Shown: one piece after another, positions 38,212 to 46,582 of the stretch
How the letters are laid out: each line of letters starts with the position of its first letter
Position numbering within the stretch: position 1 is the first letter of the stretch
NCBI GenBank assembly: GCA_032718475.1
Contig: JAUCBJ010005713.1
Span: 1 to 46,582, forward strand
Length of the DNA: 46,582 nt
Reading direction: 5' to 3'
From: Nemertoderma westbladi
Lineage: Eukaryota > Animalia > Xenacoelomorpha
Translations under genes and position numbers: made by a program
The notes under the pieces: generated by a model
What the model saw: the letters and a program-made list of their open reading frames with translations, nothing else
What the model was told of the DNA's origin: nothing
The model's database searches: none

Positions 38212-39447
38212 CACAATGGATTTTTCCTGCGCTGTTAAAGATTCCAAATAACAATCCATCCATAACTTTCCTGTAACTGTTGAACTGCAACCACTATCTA
38301 GCACAGCAGCGTTTAAAGATTCGCCTGCCAACCGTCCCAACTCGTCTAAACTTCCTCCTGTGAAAAGAACAAGGTTCACTTCACCACCGTAATCATCCTG
38401 TTCCAACTCTATAGATGCCTCGTAAACCCGATCCATATTCTCGTAGCTGTCAATACAATCCTTCACCAAATGACGAATTGACTCACACGAACTGCAGCGA
38501 AGAACATTCCCATCAGATCCTATGGGATTCAATCGTTTTACCTGTGCATCCCTCCTCGGAATGAAATCTCTCTTATCGCATCTTGGGAAACCAGCTCCAC
38601 GATTTACTCCTGTAAATCCTTCATGATTATAACCATAACTATAGCTGGAACGCCCTCGACCAGCACCTGGAAATCGACTTGTGTTCGCACCCCTATAACC
38701 GGAATATCAAAACGATCGTCCCTGTCCACGATATCCTCCAGCGTTAGCATAATTCCCTCGAAAAGGTGAATATCTTGCGTTTGCATAAAACGCCTCCTCG
38801 TCTTCAAACTCTTCTGTCATATTAACCGACTCCATTTTTATCGGAAGATCTCGATGCTCTTCACTGGATGTTGACGCAATAGTCGACATGGATTGACTAC
38901 CAAAAAACTTATGTAACGCCGCTTTTGTTTGCTGAAACAGCGACCCCTTCTCCGAGTAATTGACAGCTGTAAGAACCAATTGCCGATCTTTATACGACAA
39001 GTTTGCCGCATCTAGCATTTTAAATGACAGGACAGGTTGTGGCAGCTCCATACCACACTGTTTACTTTTATTATATCGCTTCTCGAACTCTATTATAAAC
39101 ACATCCAACGTCTGTCCGCTGTCTTTCGAATATCGATATCTATCAAATTGCGTATATTTTTCATAAACCGCGGATAATTCGTCCTTCTTAAAAATATCAT
39201 CAAGAAAAGTTATTAAACGAGTTACCCCATCAACCGATTTAAGATCCGCTAAACCTATCTCGCTAAACACTTTCTCCCGTACTCCGGATGGATCATCCTC
39301 CGGCAATGCCAACTCGATCGCAATTCCGCGTTTCTCTTTTACCAACTCCGTCACTTCGCACCATGCGTTGACTTCCTGTATAAATCGTTCATAAGGCTTG
39401 CTCACACTGTTGAACAGTGGCGGATTTTTATAACTCGAAGACGCCAT
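38212..39447 (-). pseudogene. Copia gag and N-terminal protease, with one in-frame TGA (38707-38709)
   Basis: MASSSYKNPP..., CSSCESIRHLVKDC (CX2CX4HX4C) and AVLDSGCS are all in one frame apart from the TGA. Confidence 0.9.
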
Positions 39448-39508
39448 ATCGCTAATACGCAAACTAAATAATAATACGCTAACAATACGCTAATAATACG
39501 CTAACACG

Positions 39509-39519
39509 CTCTGCTACCA
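39509..39519 (-). other. Primer-binding site for initiator tRNA-Met
   Basis: TGGTAGCAGAG one base after the 5' LTR. Confidence 0.9.
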
Positions 39520-39520
39520 C

Positions 39521-39701
39521 TGTTGATCCTAGTTTATATATTGAAAATATAGCTGTATGCTTGTACCGGTAACCAGTACCTGTATGTATTTAATAACACT
39601 AAACGCTATATGGTAAATATAATAATACAAGACACCCGGTCGCAACATGCAGACATGCCAGGTCGTATTACAGTAGTTATCACAATATATATTACATAAC
39701 A
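39521..39701 (-). repeat. 5' LTR (TG...CA)
   Basis: Direct repeat of 33050-33230. Confidence 0.95.
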
Positions 39702-40680
39702 AGAACAGCTTAAAGGAGTTCTACAGGGAGATTCCCTCAGCCCATTCCTATTTCTATTATTTATACTGGATTTAGTCGACTTCATAAAAAACGCAACTCT
39801 TCTAATTGGCGAAATTGTCATAATGCTATTTGCCGACGACCTGCTGATATATTCAGATTCGAAAATGGCTATCCAAGCTACTCTTGATGCTCTAAATGAA
39901 TGGTGTTACAAAAACTGTTTAGAAATAAATTTGAAGAAAACACAAATAATGAAATTCCGCCGAGGCGGAAAATTATGTGCCAATGACTCTTTTACTTTCA
40001 GATGAAAGCCAGTTAATATCACAAATTCATATAAATACCTAGGAGTTCTATTTCAACCGTCGCTGGTTTTCACCAAACCTGTAACTGAAATTGTTTGCAA
40101 ATCCTTAATGGCTAGTCATAGTATCAAGTCCCCTCAGCTCTTGTCCCTTCGTACAGCTGTTGCTCTTTTCCAATTGAAGATCTATCCTATCATAACATAC
40201 GGTTTCGTAGAACTTTGACCATTGCTGTCAACTACCAACCTTCATTCCCTTGACAAGATTAAGTCAACCTACCTCAAAAGGGTTGCTTGCCTGCATAAAA
40301 CGGCTAAGAACCGACTTACGCTCGCCTTATGCCAAGAAAAGCCGCTTATTGTTCAAATTTTCACGTCTTTAGAATTACCGGAAACAGACGCGTATCGCAA
40401 ATATTTACAAGATATTGATTTAAAATGCACTGAGATACACACTGAATTTTGGAGTTCTCCTGCATTGACAAACCGAACTTGGACAGATTCAAATAAACGA
40501 AATCGCCACGTATTAACGCGTTTCTCTGTCCATGGCTTTCACTTTGCGATCTGTTCCAGAAAAGATTTCCACGAACCTGATGAAAATTGCAGTTGCCAGC
40601 TTTGCGGGGATACAGCCGATATATATCACCTTACTAGTTGCCGAAATAACAATAAATCTCTTAACGATTGGGCCAAATAA
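39702..40680 (+). pseudogene. LINE ORF2, 3' part: RT core and C-terminal zinc finger
   Basis: EQLKGVLQGDSLSP, LFADD, YKYLG, HGFHFAIC...CSCQLCG..YHLTSC. TGA stops at 40003 and 40216. Confidence 0.9.
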
Positions 40681-40845
40681 ATATTTTAAGTGCTCTCAGT
40701 ATTTTATAATATTTCATTATAAAATCTAGGTATAAGTATCTCTACCTTTAGTATATTTTTAACAATTAATCGTGCTTTAATTTATATGATCGTTATTTAC
40801 TTATTTTACTGGTGCCATAATGTTGGCTTAATAAATAATATATTA

Positions 40846-41025
40846 ATAGTTTCCCTTTGACACCGAAATCGTGGTAGAGTTTATAGAAGAAAATATTTCG
40901 GCTGGTGGAGTCGAAGGCCTTCCGAAAGTCTACGAAAGCCACATAGACTCGTCCCTCAGAGGCAACTAGTAACGAGATCTCGGAAAGGAGGAGTTTAATT
41001 GCGTCAGTTGTAGATTTGCTCGAAT
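40846..41025 (-). mobile_element. Older LINE, 5'-truncated upstream RT fragment that continues at 29895
   Basis: STTDAI...VYVAFVDFRKAFDS...FGVKGKL joins YNIIKSILK across the TSD. Confidence 0.85.
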
Positions 41026-41346
41026 AATATAACATAACAGAAAATGTTTAAAACAAGTAATATAAAACAACATTGTCATAGTTGAACACAAAGACGGGTT
41101 GGATGTTGTAAATTAAGATTATTGACCATTGGCAAACAGTTATCTGCATATAAATATATCTTACCATAAAATATCCTGCAACTGACAGTAGGATTTGAAA
41201 TTAAACTGCCAAGAACAGATTTACTGCAAATAATGATGGATTGAGGATTGATATTTAATACAGTAATTAGGTCTACATCACTACATCAGTATGTAGCAGA
41301 AATTCCTCGGAGACGACACCTCAAATCCATCTTTGGTTCGGTATTG

Positions 41347-41500
41347 TTACTCTAATTCGCTATTCGATATTCCATGGCCTTCGTCTGTTGTTTCGTGATG
41401 CGGCGCGTAATTGAAGTCGGTTGGGGCGAGATGAGCCATGTGCGCTGCTATATCAGGCCCTGGGTCACTTTTCCTGCCTTCTTTAATCCGCTTTCTAATT
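41347..41500 (-). CDS. CATSPER3: CatSper3-like channel, terminal exon
   Basis: Acceptor gtttag is phase-compatible with the upstream donor aa|gtaagt. Open to the TAA at 41347. Confidence 0.6.
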
Positions 41501-42210
41501 CTAAACAATCAAATAATTTCGAAATTCGTTAATGATTTGATACTTTGTTAAGGAATGCCATTTTCAATGACCAGATCACCATTACCCAACCCATATTAGA
41601 GAACACAGATTCTAAAAGAATAATAGATTTATTTCAGAAACGAATTTTACTGTTAGTATTTATGTTTTGAAATATTATTAGAATTTGACTCTGCGCATGT
41701 TTAGGTTGCGTATTTATAGTGTTGAATGAGCGGGTTGGAAGATCAAAGAGACTTGAAAAATGATGAGATTGTCAAGAGCAATCTACACAAGAGCAATGGC
41801 ACTTGTTCATACCACCAGAATGTTTGTGAGTGGAGAGGGACAGGTCTTCCTTCCACCCTGGCGCCATGGAGAAGGGCAACTCATTAGATAGTCCTGGATG
41901 GCAGACAAGTACAATATTGTTGAAAGAAATACCAAATTGCATCAGTGGAATATAAGGCTTTGGGAAATGGGCAGGAGGGTACTGTACACACCTAAAAAGA
42001 TGCAAAAACGCACAAAACACCATAAAAATTCAAATGTAGTGTTTTTACAAATTAAGCAATAATAAAAAATACTATCTACGCTACTATTTGTAAGCGTCAA
42101 GTTAAATGAAATTTGACGTCTTTAAATCAAGACGTTCTAGAACTACTAGTTCTAGAACGCCTTGCTTCAAATAGAAAATTAATTGTAATTTATCTTTCAA
42201 ATAAACTTAC

Positions 42211-42748
42211 TTCATGTCCATAGCAGCGCCCAAGTTGGTGGCGATGGCGAAGTGCAATCGTCTGCACTGATCCGTAACCTGGTCCAAGTGATCTAACGAC
42301 TTCATATACGTGTCCATCCACGAAAAATTCGTGGCCATATCGGCAGCGGCTGTTATGTTGCTGTCGCTTATGTTGGTCTTATAATCGTCGAGCATCTGTT
42401 CGAAGGTGCAACCCTTTCGTGTTCGGTTCATCATTGTCATGACTTCATCGTGTTGGTGGCGTTTCAGGTTGTCTTTCTTATCTTGCAGAATTCCCTCACG
42501 TTCAAGAATTAGTTGTTCCCTAAAGTCATCCGTTGCTTTTTGAATATTCATAATAATAATACCGACAAAGACGTTAGTGAATATAAAGTTTCCGATGAAA
42601 ATAAATGTGATGCAGAAGATATGGCTGCCAGGGGCCAACTTACGATCTTCCAATCGTTTCTGTATGTCCGTCCAACCTTCAGCCGTAACCAAGGTAAACA
42701 AAGATAGCATAGCGACGCTCAATCCTCCCCAATTTTCTTTATCCCCAC
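42211..42748 (-). CDS. CATSPER3: CatSper3-like channel, pore/S6/coiled-coil exon
   Basis: NWGGL..LFTLVTAEGWTDIQ pore, FIFIGNFIFTNVFVGIIIMNI S6, then a coiled-coil tail. Confidence 0.8.
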
Positions 42749-42816
42749 CTAGTGTAAAAAGGCAAAATATATAACCATCAGATATTGGCGTGTAAAGTAC
42801 AGTAAGGTGTGATTAC

Positions 42817-42910
42817 TGTAATATGATTCTAAGGAGACTGTAAGATAAACATACTACAACTAGGAGGTAGTAGTATGTTTATCTAACAGTCTCCTTAGAA
42901 TGATATTACA
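42817..42910. repeat. Intronic 94-nt hairpin with a stem of about 41 bp
   Basis: tgtaatatgattctaaggagactgtaagataaacatactac / gtagtatgtttatctaacagtctccttagaatgatattaca. Confidence 0.85.
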
Positions 42911-43307
42911 TGAATAGAATGGTATTACATGAGTTAAGATAAACATGAGTCTACACGTCCACGTTGTTGGCCCTACTACAGTACTTGTCTACTGTGTCCA
43001 CACCATTAGCATTACAAACTGATTACAATAATTTACTGTATATACTTAGGTTGACTAATTTTGTAGTCTTACCTGTATTTATTTACATAGGACAATAAAG
43101 TATTGCTACACTTTACATACTTTCTATTAGTAGTAGTTTAGTAGGAGATTTAAGAGGAATGTGGTTAATCACCTCGGCGTCACATTCATCCCCATGCAAA
43201 CGCACTACTAACTTATTTTCTCAGAACACGAGACCAAAATATATCTCACAATTCGCTGTCAACTCAGTTTGATTCAACGGCTTTAGGCTCCGGCGGCCAA
43301 TGCTTAC

Positions 43308-43497
43308 CCTCCTTTCCAAAGAAATAATATCCCATTATACCGAAGAAATACATAAACATTGCGAGCAAGATGACAATATTGATAACTGATCTGAATATTG
43401 TTTCGATGAGAGCCTTAACGAGTACCTGGAGCCCTCTCACAAACGACACTGTACGGAACGCTCTGATGGCGCGAAGTACACGCAGGATGCGTATAGC
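43308..43497 (-). CDS. CATSPER3: CatSper3-like channel, S4-S5 exon
   Basis: AIRILRVLRAIRAFRTVSFVRGLQVLV voltage sensor; acceptor ttttag and donor g|gtaagc. Confidence 0.85.
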
Positions 43498-43603
43498 CTA
43501 AAATAGAAATAAATATCTAATACGACGACTAAAAACATATTATATGATATGATATAATAATTGTCCTGCATGTACTACACCGGCGTTCATATTATACTAC
43601 TAC

Positions 43604-44277
43604 GATCGGCATGCTGCATTGCAGCTGCATTATATATATTACATATATATTAAGAATGGTTTGTCGACAAAATTGCGCCGCCACAACTCCCTATCACTCA
43701 TGATATTTGCACTCATGACCTTCGAATACGTAAGGGAAAGGCATGGGCAGCCTTAAATTGGCTTTCCAGGATTTGGAAGTCACATAGAATTAATCGGAAA
43801 CTTAAAGTCCGATTATTTAGAGCAGCAGTAGTTCCAGTACTCCTCTATGGGAGTCCATGCTGGGCTCTAAATGCTTAGGACACCAAATCTCTGGATGGCA
43901 CATTCACAAGAATGCTACGCCGGGTTCACTGTGTCAAGTACAATGCACACATCTCCAACCAGACACTATATAACATTGGAGGTGTCTCATTGGTTCCCCC
44001 AAACTTGACACTAGAACAAAGCCGACTCCGCTTTGCAGGACATTGCTTTCGCCGTGAGGACCAGCCAGTGCATAATCTTGTACTTTGGCAGCCTCATGGA
44101 GTGAATAAGCATGGTGGACAGCCCATGACTTTCTTGAGACGCATCTTAAAGGACACTGGCCTCGAAGATGCGGATGATCTAGCACATGTCATGGGTGATA
44201 AGGAGTTGTGGCGGCGCAATTGTTCGACAAGCCGGCACAGTATTCTTGAAATGCAGCTGCAATGCAGCATGCTGATC
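43604..44277 (+). mobile_element. 28-bp inverted repeats enclosing the 3' end of an RTE-like LINE
   Basis: gatcggcatgctgcattgcagctgcatt (43604-43631) is inverted at 44250-44277. The interior reads LLYG..W, LDGTFTRMLR, RLRFAGHCFR. Confidence 0.7.
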
Positions 44278-44339
44278 CTAGTACTAGTATACTAGTATAA
44301 CATTTGCTAGATCATCCGCATCTTCAATGTCATACAAAG

Positions 44340-45760
44340 CTTATACGGTTCCGTTCAATTGTCATGCTAGGGCAGTCAAGTGAAACACCTCCAAGGTTGT
44401 ATAGAGTCTGATATGATATGTGTTCATTGTACTTGACACAATGAACCCGGCGCGGCATTCTTGTGAAAGTGCCATCCAGAGATTTGGTATCCTCTGAAGT
44501 TAGAGCCTAGCATGGACTCCAATCTAAGAGTGCTGCTGCCCTAAACAATCGAACCTCGAGGTTCCGTTTTATTATAATGGACTTCCAAATCCTGGATAGA
44601 CTATATAATGCTGTCCATGCCTTCCTCTTACGTATCCGTATGTCTTCACCTTACTTCCGGATCCATGATCTCAAGTAGCAGAAGTCATCCACATGATCAA
44701 GCAAACCATCACTGGAGATTATGGCCTTACGATTACGATCAGACATTTCTTAAGAGTTGTCTAGTTGCACTGTAATTTTGGTCTTCTTGGAGTTTGCATA
44801 AAAAGACCAACACTAGAAGCAACCTGTTCCATTGAGCAGAGGAGCCTTTGGGCTCCCTCTAGTGATTCTGGCATTACCCCTAACTCATCAGCAAACTATA
44901 GCTAGATCATTAAGGTACTTTGCTTGAGTTCCTCTACTTCTTGTGCCTGTAGGGGGTGTTACCACCACCCCATTTATTAAAATGGTCTAAGGACATGCGT
45001 AGAACACAGTCAACCACAACTACGATCAATAATGGCACAAGTGTGTCACCCTGAAGGACTCCCCATAAGACTTCGAAAGGATTTGTGTTACCATCCGCAG
45101 TTGACACAAATGTTGTGGAACCATGATACAGTGATCTCATAGCTGCAATAATTTCCCCAGGAATCCAATGTGCTACAAAAGTATGCTAAACATCCATGGT
45201 CGGGAGACTGAGTCGAAGGCCTTTTAAAGAAGTCGACTAATAGAATAGTCAGAATAGGCACCATAGTCCCACGACCTTTATCGAACCCATTATTGTTCCC
45301 GCGTAACTTTCTCTCAATAGGATGCCGGATGCAATTTAATATAATTATATTACATAGCCTTGCAGCAATCGAGATTAACAAGATTCCATCAAATGATCCA
45401 TAAGTTGTTAGGTGGCTCTTTTTTGGGGCAGGGACCAACTTATTTGTTTTCATTTCTTGGGGGACTATCTTTGTCCTATACCTCTACTCTACAATAATGG
45501 GGTGAGTGAGCTCTAAACACTCAGGAATAGTAAAGACCTCAGGGGGCACGCTATCTACTCCACTGGCACGATTGGTCTTGATGCTCCTTGCTGCAGTCTT
45601 GATTTCAGCAAAGGAGATTTCACCAATGGGGATATCTGTGAGCAGAGAGCACAGACTGCGTGCGATACACGATGTACAGATATCAGGCAATACCATGTTA
45701 TTGTTTAGAAGTTTCTCAAAGTGGGCCTTCCAACCATTGAGGCATTGAGGCGTTGGTTGG
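44340..45760 (-). mobile_element. Degenerate RTE-like LINE RT fragment in the CatSper intron
   Basis: HFEKLL, ASGVDSVPPEVF, GVLQGDTLVP and DFCYL with many frameshifts. Boundaries are approximate. Confidence 0.8.
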
Positions 45761-46106
45761 CGTTCATATAGTTTACTCTAAGTGCTGGCCTACTCAACTA
45801 GGTAAATATCTCAAGAGCGGGTATGTCAAATTTGTTGACATTTGGTCTGTGTGAGGTAGATAAAAAATGTAGATTAGATAATTGCAGAGAATTTCATTCA
45901 CAATGATTTCGAAATCAATACGACAATATTTAACGGATGCATTTCTTAAACATTTGAGGTAGAGTAGAAGAGACTCTATGGGATCATGAAAGGTCATTCA
46001 AATCTATAAATTTCAACAGTTTCCGGTTGAAATATACTTTACAACATATGCTGTATGATAGGATAAAATGTGGGATTTAACTTTCATGTTTAGGGTTGGC
46101 ACTCAC

Positions 46107-46268
46107 AGACATTATGTGATTATTATCCATATTTTGATTAGAGCCAGTATTATTTACGCCGACTTTCGAAGCTCTCAGTAAGATCAGTTGCACAAAGCCA
46201 ACAACAAGTAGAAGAAAATCGAACAAATTGAATGGGACCTTCCAGTACCCGCGGGGTTCAGCAATTAC
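46107..46268 (-). CDS. CATSPER3: CatSper3-like channel, S2-S3 exon (upstream exons lie beyond the window)
   Basis: GYWKVPFNLFDFLLL ion-transport motif; acceptor ttgcag and donor tct|gtgagt, phase 0. Confidence 0.8.
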
Positions 46269-46582
46269 CTGCAAAATAACTGACTGATGTATTCGAGTTT
46301 CAGTAAAATTAATATAACAAGGGGGAAATAGTTTAATAAATTAAAATATAGGTGTTATGTAGTTTAGAAAATTGTAATGTGGTTTACTACACCAAATACC
46401 AAATACAAGGGCTCATAAATGTGGAAGTGGGATGTGTGGATACTTCATACAGTTTACTTAATACAGCTCTGATAATAGTAATAAAATATGAAAAGCAAAA
46501 ATAAGAACAATATGTGTAAAATATATTTTCATATATTGATTAAAAACATGAAATTCGGCAATAATTGAAAATCGACCTTCGA

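Larger units (their letters stand above)
33050..39701 (-). mobile_element. Ty1/Copia LTR retrotransposon, GalEa-like
   Basis: 181-bp LTRs, 5-bp TSD agaac (33045-33049, 39702-39706), PBS, PPT, and gag-PR-IN-RT-RH domain order. Confidence 0.95.
29896..40845 (+). mobile_element. Full-length LINE (ORF1 plus APE-RT ORF2), interrupted by a Copia element
   Basis: 14-bp TSD atagtttccctttg at 29882-29895 and 40846-40859. AT-rich 3' tail. Confidence 0.9.

Noticed and set aside
30571-40218. All premature stops in the TEs are TGA, suggesting recoding or selenocysteine
   Set aside because: The likely original residues differ (Arg, Gly, Trp) and each is one substitution from TGA; ordinary decay explains them.
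41760-42023. GC-richer intronic stretch as an extra exon or gene
   Set aside because: No recognisable peptide in the frames I read, and the flanking CatSper exons already join in phase.

Overview
AT-rich eukaryotic genomic DNA from an invertebrate animal (spliceosomal GT-AG introns, a CatSper gene). Three host genes lie on the minus strand: an almost intronless NT5DC1-like HAD nucleotidase (7897-9411), a 4-exon TMEM121/CECR6-family membrane protein (13364-18997) and the last four exons of a CatSper3-like sperm cation channel (41347-46268). About a quarter of the window is five unrelated tandem arrays, several tied to DNA-transposon ends. A four-level nest fills 28.8-41.0 kb: an old LINE contains a younger full-length LINE, which contains a GalEa-type Copia element, which contains a CAC...GTG foldback element; each insertion has a visible TSD. 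The most striking item is a 201-bp TIR element with a 9-bp TSD in the NT5DC1 coding sequence. Its inverted repeats supply GT and AG so that splicing would restore the frame in either orientation, which makes it a candidate Introner-like, intron-generating MITE. All coordinates and comparisons were made by eye and no searches were run.
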